From positions 38,828 through 102,827 of the forward strand of contig CALXVH010000001.1 in the NCBI GenBank assembly GCA_944391965.1: a stretch of 64,000 bases of DNA, read 5' to 3'. Positions 18,586 through 29,203 of this stretch are shown one piece after another. Both the position numbers and the translations under genes were made by a program. Under the pieces are notes generated by a model. The model was given only the letters and a program-made list of their open reading frames with translations. It had not been told where the DNA came from and made no database searches. Numbering within the stretch: the stretch's first letter is position 1; each line of letters begins with the position of its first letter. Source of the DNA: an uncultured Clostridia bacterium. Lineage in GTDB: Bacteria > Bacillota > Clostridia > TANB77 > CAG-508.

Positions 18586-19911
18586 TTAGTTTCTTATATT
18601 AGCAGCAATTTCTGCTGCTTCCATATTAATTTCTTTTTCTTCTCCAGTTTTCATATTCTTTAACTTAATTTTATTTGAATTTATCTCATCATCACCAATA
18701 ACTATTACATATGGTATTTCTAACTTATCTGCATATTTAAATTTAGCTTTTAATTTTTTATCATTCAAATAAATCTCTGTATTTATTCCTAGTTTTCTTA
18801 TTTCTGTAGCTAATTTTATAGGTTCTTCTAAATTTTCTGTAATTGGAATAATTAAAATATCAGAAATTGATTTTTTCTCTGCTTTTATTATATTTAATTC
18901 ATTTAATTTGTAGAATAATCTAGTAAGTCCGATTGAAATTCCAACTCCTGGTAAACTTTTATCTGTATAATATTCTGCTAAATTTTCATATCTTCCTCCA
19001 GAACATACACTTCCTAGTTCTCTATAATTATTCAAAAATGTTTCATATACTGTTCCAGTATAATAATCTAGTCCTCTTGCAATTGTTAAATCTACTTTAA
19101 AGTTAGCCTCTGGTACACCAAATAATCTTACATTTTTTATAACTGCTTTTAATTCCTCTACGCCCTTTTTATAAGTTTCGTTGTTTATTCCTAGATTTTC
19201 TAGTTTTTCTAACTTTTCATCAGAAATTCCCTCTATTTCTATAAAATTCATAATAGAATTTATTTGTTCTTCTTTTACATCTAATTTTCTTAATTCTTCT
19301 ATTACTGCTTCTTTTCCTATTTTTTCTATTTTATCAATTATTCTTAAAATTTCTGTAGCATTTTCTTTTTGATTTACTCCTTCAAATAAACCATTTAAGA
19401 TTTTTCTATTATTAATTTTTATAGTAAAGTCTTCAAAACCTAATTCTCTAAAAAGTGTATAAATAATACTTGGGATTTCTGCATCATTTATTAAATCCAA
19501 TTCTCCATCACCAATTATATCTATATCACATTGATAAAATTCTCTATATCTTCCTTTTTGTGCACGTTCTCCTCTATACACTTTTCCTATTTGATATCTT
19601 CTAAAAGGAAAACTTAAACTACCATAATTTTTTGCTACATATTTAGCAAGTGGCACTGTTAAATCAAATCTTAAAGCTAAATCACTGTCTCCTTTTTGAA
19701 ATCTATATATTTGTTTTTCTGTCTCTCCACCTGCTTTTGCAAGTAATACTTCTGCTGATTCAATTATTGGTGTATCTAATGGTAAAAATCCAAATTTCTC
19801 ATATGTTTTTTGTATCTTTTCTTTCATTTGATTAAATAATATCTGTTCATTTGGTAATAATTCCATAAATCCAGATAAAGTTCTTGGTTCTATTCTTTCC
19901 ATATTTTCCAC
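18586..19911 (-). CDS. hisS: Histidine--tRNA ligase
   Basis: 441 aa with class II aaRS motifs including GRYREFYQCD. Confidence 0.9.
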   Translation of the reverse strand: MENMERIEPRTLSGFMELLPNEQILFNQMKEKIQKTYEKFGFLPLDTPIIESAEVLLAKAGGETEKQIYRFQKGDSDLALRFDLTVPLAKYVAKNYGSLSFPFRRYQIGKVYRGERAQKGRYREFYQCDIDIIGDGELDLINDAEIPSIIYTLFRELGFEDFTIKINNRKILNGLFEGVNQKENATEILRIIDKIEKIGKEAVIEELRKLDVKEEQINSIMNFIEIEGISDEKLEKLENLGINNETYKKGVEELKAVIKNVRLFGVPEANFKVDLTIARGLDYYTGTVYETFLNNYRELGSVCSGGRYENLAEYYTDKSLPGVGISIGLTRLFYKLNELNIIKAEKKSISDILIIPITENLEEPIKLATEIRKLGINTEIYLNDKKLKAKFKYADKLEIPYVIVIGDDEINSNKIKLKNMKTGEEKEINMEAAEIAANIRN

Positions 19912-19917
19912 TCCTTG

Positions 19918-20565
19918 TTAATCTATATTTGGTTTAGCTTCCAAATAAATTGGTTTTTCGTCCCCTATTCTAGTTGGCTTTCCATGTCCTGGATATACTA
20001 TTGTATTTTCAGGTAATATTAATAATTTTTTTATTATTGAATTCATAATAGAATCAAAATCACTTGTAGGTAAGTCTACTCTTCCCCAGGCACCTTTAAA
20101 TAGTGTATCTCCTGAAAATAACATTTCTTCTTTTTCACAATATAAAGATGTTCCATCATTAGTATGTCCTGGAGTATAAATAACCCTTAATTCTATATCT
20201 CCAACATGTAAAATATCCTCATCATCTACAATGCTGTCTTCTTTTACATATATTTGAGGAAGCCCAATATATTCTGCAAGTACAGGAACTCTATTTTCTA
20301 AGTTTTCTCTCCCTTTTCTATGAATAAGGACTTTTCCTCCTCTTTCTTTTTTTAAATCATTTACACCATTTATATGATCGGCATGGCAATGAGTTAAATA
20401 GATATATTCTAATTTTGCTCCTAAATTATCTAGGATTGTTATTATTTTATCTACATTTCCTGCAGGATCTATTACCATTGCCTTTTTTTGCGTTTCATCT
20501 ACTAATATATAGCAATTAGTTTCACCTACAAAATTCATTTGTACTTTTATTCTTTTTAGTATCAT
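19918..20565 (-). CDS. MBL-fold metallo-hydrolase
   Basis: 215 aa with HCHADH (HxHxDH) and downstream His/Asp ligands. Confidence 0.85.
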   Translation of the reverse strand: MILKRIKVQMNFVGETNCYILVDETQKKAMVIDPAGNVDKIITILDNLGAKLEYIYLTHCHADHINGVNDLKKERGGKVLIHRKGRENLENRVPVLAEYIGLPQIYVKEDSIVDDEDILHVGDIELRVIYTPGHTNDGTSLYCEKEEMLFSGDTLFKGAWGRVDLPTSDFDSIMNSIIKKLLILPENTIVYPGHGKPTRIGDEKPIYLEAKPNID

Positions 20566-20575
20566 AAAAACTCCT

Positions 20576-22774
20576 TTATTTCTTTCTTGTTACCTCATAT
20601 ACACTATCTACTTTTCTTAGTTCTTTTAATACTTTATTTAATTCCTCTACATTTTCTACTTCTATTGTTATTTCTATTGTAGCAATATGTTCTTTTGTTG
20701 CTTTAGAATTTAATCCCATTAGTTTTGTTTTTAAATTACTTAAAACTTGAATTACGTCTGCAAGTAGTCCTGATCTATCATTTGCAAATACAGTAATATC
20801 TACATTGTATGATGCAGAATCCTCTGTATACCAGTAAACATCTATAATTCTGTCTTCTTCTTTTAATAAGTCTTTTACATTTACACAATCTGTTCTATGT
20901 ACAGAAACTCCTCTTCCTTTTGTAATATAGCCAATTATATTATCTCCAGGAACTGGATTACAACATTTTGAAAGTTTTACTAAGCAATTATCTATTCCTT
21001 TTACTACAACACCTGTACTAGATGGTTTTACATTTTTCCTTTTACTTGTTAATTCTTCTATTTTTTGCTCTATATTTTCTTCTTTATGGCTCTTTCTGTA
21101 TTCTTCTAACATTCTAGATATAATTTTTACTTGTGATATTGCACCAAATCCAACGCTTGCATACATATCTTCTAAGCTTTTAAATTTATATCTATCTAAT
21201 GCTGCATTTATGTAATCTTGTTTAAATAATTCATCATGACTTATACCAATTCTCTTTATTTCTTTATCGATTAAATCTTTTCCTTTTTCTATATTTTCTG
21301 ACCTTTGCTCTTTCTTAAACCATGATTGTATTTTACTTTTTGCTTTTGTAGTTTTTATAAATTTAAGCCAGTCTCTACTAGGTCCTTTTTGAGAATCTGA
21401 TGTCATAATTTCTACAATGTCACCACTTTGTAATTTTGTAATTATTGGCATCATTTTGCTGTTTATTTTACAACCAACCATGTGGTTTCCAATTTCTTCA
21501 TGAATACTATATGCAAAGTCTATAGGTGTTGCATCTCTTGGCAATACTAGTATTTTCCCCTTTGGAGTAAATACATATACTTCATCCTCAAATAGTTCTG
21601 TTTTCAATGTGTTTAAAAACTCTTGTGGATCTTTCATATCTTGTTGCCACTCTAATGTTTCTCTAAGCCATGCAAGCTTATCTTTAGTAACTGTAACAAC
21701 TTGTTTTCCTTTTTTACCATAATTTGCTTCTTTATATGCCCAGTGTGCAGCTATACCATATTCTGCAATTCTATGCATTTCCCATGTACGAATTTGAACT
21801 TCAAATGGTGTTCCTTTTTCTCCTAACAAAGTTGTATGAATAGATTGGTACATATTAGGTTTTGGAACTGCTATATAATCTTTAAATCTTCCTGGCATCG
21901 GACTATACATTTCATGTACAACACCTAAAGCAGCATAACAATCTTTTACAGAATTTACTAAAATTCTTAAGGCAAATAAATCATAAATTTGATCTAAAGT
22001 TTTGTTGTCTCTTTTCATTTTTCTATATATTGAATATAAATGTTTTGCTCTTCCTGTAACTTCTGCTTCTATTCTCTGTTTCTTTAATTGTCCCCTAATA
22101 TCATCCATTATCTTTTCTATAAATTGAAGTCTTTCTTCTCTCTTTTTATCTATTCCTGCAACTAATTCTCTATATTCTTCTGGATATAGATATTTAAAAG
22201 CTAAATCTTCTAGTTCCCATTTTAATGAATAAATACCTAAACGGTTTGCAAGTGGAGCATATAATTCCATAGTTTCTTTAGCATTAGCAATTTGTCTATC
22301 TCTTCTTAAATATTTTAAAGTACGTAAATTATGCAATCTATCTGCTAACTTTATTATTATTACTCTAATATCTTTTCCCATAGCAAGGAACATTTTTCTA
22401 TAATTTTCTACTTGGCGCTCTTCTGTACTTGCTTGATACCTTAATTCTCCAAGTTTAGTAACACCTGCCACCATAGTTGCAATTTCTTCTCCAAAATCTC
22501 TTACTAAATCTTCATGAGTAACTTCAGTATCTTCAACAACATCATGTAATAATGCAGCACAAATTGTAGCCTCATCCAATCCAATCTCTGCTAAAATATA
22601 TGCTACTTGAACAGGGTGAATTATATATGGCTCTCCCGATTTTCTACATTGAGTTCCATGTTTTTCTTTTGCATAATTATATGCTTTTATTATAAGCTTT
22701 GTATCTGCCCATCTCTTTTTTTGTTTTACTAAACTAATTATATCTTCTATTGATTTATTTTGTACTTCTGACAT
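20576..22774 (-). CDS. relA: Bifunctional (p)ppGpp synthetase/hydrolase RelA/SpoT
   Basis: 732 aa with an HD hydrolase domain (HDVVEDT), a synthetase domain, and TGS and ACT C-terminal regions. Confidence 0.95.
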   Translation of the reverse strand: MSEVQNKSIEDIISLVKQKKRWADTKLIIKAYNYAKEKHGTQCRKSGEPYIIHPVQVAYILAEIGLDEATICAALLHDVVEDTEVTHEDLVRDFGEEIATMVAGVTKLGELRYQASTEERQVENYRKMFLAMGKDIRVIIIKLADRLHNLRTLKYLRRDRQIANAKETMELYAPLANRLGIYSLKWELEDLAFKYLYPEEYRELVAGIDKKREERLQFIEKIMDDIRGQLKKQRIEAEVTGRAKHLYSIYRKMKRDNKTLDQIYDLFALRILVNSVKDCYAALGVVHEMYSPMPGRFKDYIAVPKPNMYQSIHTTLLGEKGTPFEVQIRTWEMHRIAEYGIAAHWAYKEANYGKKGKQVVTVTKDKLAWLRETLEWQQDMKDPQEFLNTLKTELFEDEVYVFTPKGKILVLPRDATPIDFAYSIHEEIGNHMVGCKINSKMMPIITKLQSGDIVEIMTSDSQKGPSRDWLKFIKTTKAKSKIQSWFKKEQRSENIEKGKDLIDKEIKRIGISHDELFKQDYINAALDRYKFKSLEDMYASVGFGAISQVKIISRMLEEYRKSHKEENIEQKIEELTSKRKNVKPSSTGVVVKGIDNCLVKLSKCCNPVPGDNIIGYITKGRGVSVHRTDCVNVKDLLKEEDRIIDVYWYTEDSASYNVDITVFANDRSGLLADVIQVLSNLKTKLMGLNSKATKEHIATIEITIEVENVEELNKVLKELRKVDSVYEVTRKK

Positions 22775-22790
22775 AAGCTTTCCCCCTTAT

Positions 22791-24479
22791 CTAATAGCTT
22801 TTTCTAATGTCTTTCATATTTATTTGTATAGAACTAAATCCATTAAAACTATTAATCTCTAAAGTTCCAACAACATCTATTCTATCTCCAATCCTATACT
22901 CCTCTGCTAAATATCCTAGTTCAAATCCTATTGCGTTAATTACAAAATTTTCATCTCTTAATGTAAGTTTTAAATGTCTTCCTTCTGAAAGAGCCCTTAT
23001 AGAATCTATTTTTAAATTTTTTATTAAAAATAATGGAACTTTATTGGCTTCACCAAATGGTTCTAAAATACTAATGCTTTTTACCAAGTCCATATTAATA
23101 TCTTTTAATTTTAATTCATCATCAATATAAATTATTGGTACTAATTCTTTAATATTTTTCTCTTTAGCAATTTGCTCAAATCTCTCTTTAAATTTTTCAA
23201 GATTTTCCTTTTTTAGAGTAAGACCAACTGCCATAGAATGTCCACCATATTTTTCTAGCAAATCTTCACATTTCGTTAGACCCTCATACAAATCAAATCC
23301 TGGTACACTTCTTCCTGAACCTTTAGCAATATCGTCCTCAAAACTTAATAATATACTTGGTTTATAATACTTATCTGTTACTTTGGAAGATACAATTCCA
23401 ATAACACCATGATGCCAGCCTTTTCCACCTAAAACTATTGAATTATTTTCATCCAAATGATTTTTCTCGATTTGTTGTACAGCATCTTCATATATTGCTT
23501 TTTCTGTACTTTGTCTTAGTGTATTATATTCGTTTAATTCTTTAGTAATTTTTGTTGCACTTTCTAAATCTTCTGCTAAAAATAATTTTAATGCTTCTTC
23601 TTCGTGTCCCATTCTTCCACAAGCATTTATTCTAGGTGCAACACCAAATGAAATTGTGTTAGAATCTATTTCCTTATAGCCTGAGCTTTTTATTAATTCT
23701 CTTAATCCTAGATTTCTAGTAACTTTTATAAGCATTAATCCAAGTTTAGCTATAGTTCTATTTTCACCTTCTAATGGAACTATGTCTGATATTGTACCAA
23801 CACATACTAAATCTAAATATTTTAAATATTCTTCTGGCTTAATTTCTAATTTTATAGAAAGGGCTTGAATTAATTTAAATACAACTCCTACTCCTGCTAA
23901 AGATCTAAAAGGATATGTATTATCTTTTCTTTTAGCATCGATTACAGCAAGTGCATTTGGAAGTTTTTCTCCTACTTCGTGGTGATCTGTAACAATTACA
24001 TCCATTCCTAAATTTATTGAATAATTAACTTCTTCTATTGCAGAAATTCCACAATCTACTGTAATTATTAAATCTATATTTCTTTCTTTTATTGTATCTA
24101 TAGCATTTTTATTTAAGCCATATCCCTCATGTAATCTGTTTGGTATATATGTATCTACTGTTATTCCTCTATCCATTAGATATTTTTTAAGAACAGTTGT
24201 ACTTGTTATACCATCTACATCATAATCACCATATATTAGAATTTTTTCTTTATTATTAATGGCTTTTATTATTCTATCTACTGCAATATCCATTCCTTTA
24301 AATAAAAAAGGATCATGAAAATCATCTCTTGTAGGTGTTATAAATATTCTTACATCTTCATCATTTACAACATGTCTATTAACAATAATTTTTCCTATTA
24401 CTTTATTTAAATTATATTTTTCACATATATCATCTACTAACTTTTCATCTGAATTATAAAATTCCCATTTTTTTATCAT
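22791..24479 (-). CDS. recJ: Single-stranded-DNA-specific exonuclease RecJ
   Basis: 562 aa with DHH motifs DYDVDGITS and VTDHH, plus a DHHA1 region. Confidence 0.9.
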   Translation of the reverse strand: MIKKWEFYNSDEKLVDDICEKYNLNKVIGKIIVNRHVVNDEDVRIFITPTRDDFHDPFLFKGMDIAVDRIIKAINNKEKILIYGDYDVDGITSTTVLKKYLMDRGITVDTYIPNRLHEGYGLNKNAIDTIKERNIDLIITVDCGISAIEEVNYSINLGMDVIVTDHHEVGEKLPNALAVIDAKRKDNTYPFRSLAGVGVVFKLIQALSIKLEIKPEEYLKYLDLVCVGTISDIVPLEGENRTIAKLGLMLIKVTRNLGLRELIKSSGYKEIDSNTISFGVAPRINACGRMGHEEEALKLFLAEDLESATKITKELNEYNTLRQSTEKAIYEDAVQQIEKNHLDENNSIVLGGKGWHHGVIGIVSSKVTDKYYKPSILLSFEDDIAKGSGRSVPGFDLYEGLTKCEDLLEKYGGHSMAVGLTLKKENLEKFKERFEQIAKEKNIKELVPIIYIDDELKLKDINMDLVKSISILEPFGEANKVPLFLIKNLKIDSIRALSEGRHLKLTLRDENFVINAIGFELGYLAEEYRIGDRIDVVGTLEINSFNGFSSIQINMKDIRKSY

Positions 24480-24556
24480 TCACTTTCTCCTCATATTATA
24501 CAATTTGTACAATATTGTATAACATTTTCAGCTTTTTTAAAAGAGGTTTACAATAA

Positions 24557-25246
24557 TTATCTAACAAAATTTAATATAATTCCAATTCCTGTATAAATTA
24601 GTAGTAAATATAATTTTGATATTATTAACTTATAGCAAGTATATTTTATTCCTACATCATTCAATTTTTCATATTCTTCTACTATTTCTTTTGTTTCTTT
24701 TACTTTGTTTTCTTCTAAATATTCTTTTGCAATATATTTGGCTTTAGTCATTGCTTCTATTTCTAGATAACTTCTTATAACGTAAAATATAATTATACTA
24801 ATTAAAATAATTGTACTAAATAAAGCATATTGAGTTATTACTCCTGTAATGGTTAATATAGTTATTGCTAACCAAAATATATTTAACAAATTTGCAAAAA
24901 TATAATTAAACCACAATATTTTTTTATCTTGAGTTGAATGAATACATTCGTGAGCAATTGTTTGTATTCTTGTAAAATATTTTTTATCTTTATTCAAAAT
25001 AATTTTATCTGTTGCTATAAAATAAAAACAATTTGTATTTTCTTGCTCTTCTATTTTTACTTTTTCATTTTTTAATTTTTTTAGAATATCTTTACATATA
25101 TTTATATTATCTGGAAGTTTTTGTACTATATTATTTAGTTTTTCATTATTTGCTATTTGCATTATTATTTTCTTATTACTTCCTAAAATAAGCTTTAAGA
25201 TAATTATTGTAATTACTACTAATATAAAAATAATTAAACTTTCCAT
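24557..25246 (-). CDS. Membrane protein with HExxH zinc-metallopeptidase-like motif
   Basis: 229 aa with several TM helices and an HECIH motif. Confidence 0.55.
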   Translation of the reverse strand: MESLIIFILVVITIIILKLILGSNKKIIMQIANNEKLNNIVQKLPDNINICKDILKKLKNEKVKIEEQENTNCFYFIATDKIILNKDKKYFTRIQTIAHECIHSTQDKKILWFNYIFANLLNIFWLAITILTITGVITQYALFSTIILISIIIFYVIRSYLEIEAMTKAKYIAKEYLEENKVKETKEIVEEYEKLNDVGIKYTCYKLIISKLYLLLIYTGIGIILNFVR

Positions 25247-25293
25247 AAAACAAAATAGGGATATATCTAAAATATATCCCTTCCCCCTTATCT

Positions 25294-25629
25294 TTATCCT
25301 ATAACATCTTTTATTGCTTCACTTATTATTTTATTTATATCTGTTACCATTACACTAAATCTCATTTCTGCCTCTAAATAATTTTTAGCAACTTCATTTT
25401 GATATAGTTCTGTATATAGATTTTGTAGTTTTACACTTAACTCATTTGAATTTGCTTCACCTTTTAGCATTGCTTTTTGTGTTTCTATTCTAAGTTTATC
25501 AAATTCTTCTATTTTACTTTTTACTTCTGCATTAGATTCTATTTGCTGTTTCGAAATCTTATATGCTTTATATTCATCTGTTTGCTTTATTTCTGCTGCT
25601 AATTTGTTTGCTGTATCATAAATATTCAT
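25294..25629 (-). CDS. YlbF/YmcA family protein
   Basis: 111-aa helical protein. N-terminal MNIYDTANKLAAEIKQTDEYKAYK is typical of the YlbF/YheA family. Confidence 0.7.
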   Translation of the reverse strand: MNIYDTANKLAAEIKQTDEYKAYKISKQQIESNAEVKSKIEEFDKLRIETQKAMLKGEANSNELSVKLQNLYTELYQNEVAKNYLEAEMRFSVMVTDINKIISEAIKDVIG

Positions 25630-25646
25630 TTTTTAGCCTCCTATTT

Positions 25647-26939
25647 TTAAGCATATGCATGTCTTTTTTTGAAGCTTAATAAATTCGTAATTTCTCCTTG
25701 TGTATTTTTTGCTTTCTTTGTTTTCTTTGCTTTTTCTTGCTCCAATTCTCTTCTTTGTTTTTCTGCCATTGTTTGACATATTGCTTTTTGATATATAAAA
25801 TGTGTATCTTGTGCTATTTTTGTCCAATTGTATTGTGATTTTACTTTTGCTTTTGCAGCTCTTGATACCTCTGCACATAATCCTGGATTATATAATAGTT
25901 CTAATATTGAATCTGCAATTGAATTTGGATTACCTGCATAGCTTTTCATTCCATTTTCTCTGTGTTGTACGATTTCATTTAATCCGCCTACATCTGAAAC
26001 AACTACTGGTGTTCCGGATAACATTCCTTCTAAAGCAACTACACCAAATGGTTCATATGTACTTGGGAATACTGCTACATCTGCACATTTATACATTTTA
26101 GTTACTTGAGCTAAGTTTAAATAGCCTGTAAAGTATACTTTATTTTCTATACCTAATCTTCTAACTTCATCTCTTAATTCGTCTATCATTCCGCCTTTTC
26201 CAGCAATTATTAGTTTTGAATCGTGATAACCATTTAATACTTTTGGCATTGCAGCTATTAAATTTTGAATTCCTTTTTCGTAAACTAATCTACCTACATA
26301 AAGAATTATTTTTTCATTATCTGCTGCATACTGTCGTCTGAAATCATAATCTCTTTCTACTCCATTATATAAGTTTAGGTTAACTCCGTTTGGTACTACA
26401 TTTATTTTTTCATATGGAAGACCGAATAATCTTTGTAACTCATTTTTCATATAATTACTATTTACTATTACTTCTGTTGATTCATATGTTAACATCCATT
26501 CTGTATCATTAATATATCTTTGTACTTCGTCATGTATTCCAGAATTTCTTCCTGATTCTGTTGCATGTATTGTTGCTATAATTGGTATTTTAAATGAATC
26601 CTTTAATGTTTTTGCAGCATATGCTACTAACCAATCATGAGCATGTATTACATCAAATGGGCCCTCTTTGTTTATTAATTCTGTTGCTTTTGATATTAAG
26701 TTAAAGTTTAATTGCATAATCCAGTCTATGAAATTATTTGGATTAATCATATAGTTATTTACTCTATATACTTTAACACCATTATCATCTTCAAAGTCTT
26801 CTACATTTCCTTCCTTATATGTAACTACAGTTACCTCGTGACCATCTTTTATTAGTCTATGAGATAAATCATGCACTACTCTTGCGATTCCCCCTACTAC
26901 TCTTGGTGGATATTCCCATGTTAGCATTAAAATTTTCAT
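25647..26939 (-). CDS. Glycosyltransferase family 4 (GT-B, group 1)
   Basis: 430 aa with EPFGVVALEGMLSGTPVV (the EX7E region) and a Lys-rich C-terminal tail. Confidence 0.85.
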   Translation of the reverse strand: MKILMLTWEYPPRVVGGIARVVHDLSHRLIKDGHEVTVVTYKEGNVEDFEDDNGVKVYRVNNYMINPNNFIDWIMQLNFNLISKATELINKEGPFDVIHAHDWLVAYAAKTLKDSFKIPIIATIHATESGRNSGIHDEVQRYINDTEWMLTYESTEVIVNSNYMKNELQRLFGLPYEKINVVPNGVNLNLYNGVERDYDFRRQYAADNEKIILYVGRLVYEKGIQNLIAAMPKVLNGYHDSKLIIAGKGGMIDELRDEVRRLGIENKVYFTGYLNLAQVTKMYKCADVAVFPSTYEPFGVVALEGMLSGTPVVVSDVGGLNEIVQHRENGMKSYAGNPNSIADSILELLYNPGLCAEVSRAAKAKVKSQYNWTKIAQDTHFIYQKAICQTMAEKQRRELEQEKAKKTKKAKNTQGEITNLLSFKKRHAYA

Positions 26940-27196
26940 TTACATAAGCCCCTTTCGATATACATTTTCTTTAGTAATTTATTTCTCCGCATACTAGTTT
27001 ATATTGTATATAAAATTTCGACAATTGTAAATAACTTTTTTGTAAAATATTGAATTTTTTTGTAGTTTTTTTATAACTATTTTTTTCACTTTTTTATTTT
27101 GATTTTAATATAATTTACAAGACAATATTTTAGTGTAAAAGTACTTTATACACATAAAGTTACTTTTGGTATTTATGTAAATTTGGAGGTGTTTTT

Positions 27197-29044
27197 ATGT
27201 GTGGAATTGTTGGATTTGTAAATTACAAAAAAGATGTAAAAAATCCCATTTCTATTCTTAATAAAATGAACAATTCTCTTACTAATAGAGGGCCTGATGA
27301 AGAAGGAAAATATATTTCTTCCCCTGCTTATTTAGCTCATAAAAGATTAATTGTTATTGATCCTGTAGGTGGAAAACAGCCTATGATTACTACATATGAT
27401 GAAAATGAATATTCTATCGTTTATAATGGGCAAATATATAACACTAAAGAATTAAAAAATACTCTTATTCAAAAAGGATTCGAATTTAACACAACTTCTG
27501 ATACAGAAGTCTTACTAAAAGCATTTATCTTTTACGGATATGATGTTGTAAAACATCTTAATGGAATTTTTGCTTTTGCAATATGGAATAAGAAAAAAGA
27601 AGAACTATTTTTGGCAAGAGATCATTTTGGAATAAAGCCTTTGTTTTATACTTTAAATAATGATAATTTAGTTTTCGCTTCTGAAATAAAGGCATTGTTT
27701 GAATTTCCTGGCGTAGAAAAAATTGTTGACCAGAATGGAATTTGTGAACTTTTTGGAGTTGGTCCTGCTCATACCGCTGGTACTACTGTATTTAAAGATA
27801 TATATGAATTAAAGCCTGCTAATTTTGCAATATTTAATAAGTATGGATTATTTGTTCATAGATATTGGAAATTTATAAGTAAACCACATGTAGATTCTTT
27901 TGAAGAGACTTGTATGAAAGTTAAATATTTATTAGAAGATAGTATAAAAAGACAGTTAGTATCTGATGTACCACTTTGCACATTTTTATCTGGTGGTTTA
28001 GATTCTAGCATAATTACTGCATATGCTAGTGACTATTGTAATAAAAATGGGTTACCTCCCCTTAATACATTTTCGGTAGATTATGTAGATAATGATAAAA
28101 ATTTTGTTAAGAGTGATTTCCAGCCTAATTCTGATAATTATTATATAAATTTAATGGTTGAGAAATATAAAACTAACCACACAAATATTGTGTTAGATAC
28201 ACCAGATTTAGCAAAATATTTAGAAGATGCTATGATTGCACGAGACACTCCAGGTATGGCAGATGTTGACTCTTCTTTACTACTATTCTGTAAAAATGTT
28301 AAACCATATGCTACTGTTTCTTTAAGTGGTGAATGTGCTGATGAAATATTTGGTGGATACCCTTGGTTCTTTAGAGAAGATGCATTAAATAGTGGAACTT
28401 TCCCTTGGTCTATTGCACTTTCTGAAAGACAGCATCTTTTGAATACTAATATAGCTTCTAAAATTAATTTAAAAGATTATATTGATTTTAGATATAATGA
28501 AAGTTTGGCTGATGTAGAAATTTTAGATATTGATTCTAAAGAAACTGCCGAGAAAAGAAAAATCTCACATTTGACATTAAACTGGTTTATGCAAACTTTA
28601 TTAGACAGATCTGATAGATGTTCTATGTATAATGGTTTTGAACTTCGTGTTCCTTTCTGCGATTATAGATTAGCAGAATATGTTTGGAATATTCCTTGGG
28701 AAATAAAAGCATATAAAGGTCGTGAAAAAGGATTATTAAGATATATAATGAAAGATGTATTGCCTGCAGAAATTGTAGATAGGAAAAAATCTCCTTATCC
28801 TAAAACACATAATCCAACATATTTAAAAGCTGTAAAAGATATGCTTACAGATATTATGAATGATAAAAATGCTCCTATTAATAATTTATTAAATAGAGAT
28901 TATATATTAGAAATTTTGGAAACTAATGGTTCTGCTTTTACAAGGCCTTGGTTTGGCCAATTGATGACAGGTCCACAATTAATGGCGTATTTATGTCAAG
29001 TTGACATGTGGCTTGAGAAGTATGAGCCTAGGATTGAAATATAA
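27197..29044 (+). CDS. asnB: Asparagine synthase (glutamine-hydrolysing)
   Basis: 615 aa with an N-terminal MCGI nucleophile and the PP-loop SGGLDSS. Confidence 0.9.
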   Translation: MCGIVGFVNYKKDVKNPISILNKMNNSLTNRGPDEEGKYISSPAYLAHKRLIVIDPVGGKQPMITTYDENEYSIVYNGQIYNTKELKNTLIQKGFEFNTTSDTEVLLKAFIFYGYDVVKHLNGIFAFAIWNKKKEELFLARDHFGIKPLFYTLNNDNLVFASEIKALFEFPGVEKIVDQNGICELFGVGPAHTAGTTVFKDIYELKPANFAIFNKYGLFVHRYWKFISKPHVDSFEETCMKVKYLLEDSIKRQLVSDVPLCTFLSGGLDSSIITAYASDYCNKNGLPPLNTFSVDYVDNDKNFVKSDFQPNSDNYYINLMVEKYKTNHTNIVLDTPDLAKYLEDAMIARDTPGMADVDSSLLLFCKNVKPYATVSLSGECADEIFGGYPWFFREDALNSGTFPWSIALSERQHLLNTNIASKINLKDYIDFRYNESLADVEILDIDSKETAEKRKISHLTLNWFMQTLLDRSDRCSMYNGFELRVPFCDYRLAEYVWNIPWEIKAYKGREKGLLRYIMKDVLPAEIVDRKKSPYPKTHNPTYLKAVKDMLTDIMNDKNAPINNLLNRDYILEILETNGSAFTRPWFGQLMTGPQLMAYLCQVDMWLEKYEPRIEI

Positions 29045-29055
29045 TTTTTAGCTTG

Positions 29056-29074
29056 AGGTCACAATTTGTGACCT
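29056..29074. terminator. Perfect hairpin downstream of asnB
   Basis: AGGTCACAA-T-TTGTGACCT, 12 nt after the asnB stop. Confidence 0.55.
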
Positions 29075-29092
29075 TAACGTTGTTTAAATATT

Positions 29093-29166
29093 ATCATTTT
29101 GCTAAGTTTAGCAAAATGATCGTTCATTTTTATATGTAATCATTTTCGTAACCTCACGAAAATGAT
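29093..29166. repeat. Two hairpins sharing identical outer arms (ATCATTTT...AAAATGAT)
   Basis: ATCATTTTGCTAA-GT-TTAGCAAAATGAT (29093-29120) and ATCATTTTCGT-AACCTC-ACGAAAATGAT (29139-29166). They lie between the convergent asnB and ORF6N genes. Confidence 0.7.
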
Positions 29167-29203
29167 ATTTGTTTTATTTTATTATTGATACAATATTTTT
29201 TCT

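Noticed and set aside
25633-25878. An 81-aa minus-strand ORF overlapping the 3' end of the GT4 gene.
   Set aside because: It is out of frame with and embedded in the glycosyltransferase ORF, and it is Lys/Arg-rich and low-complexity. It has no independent support.
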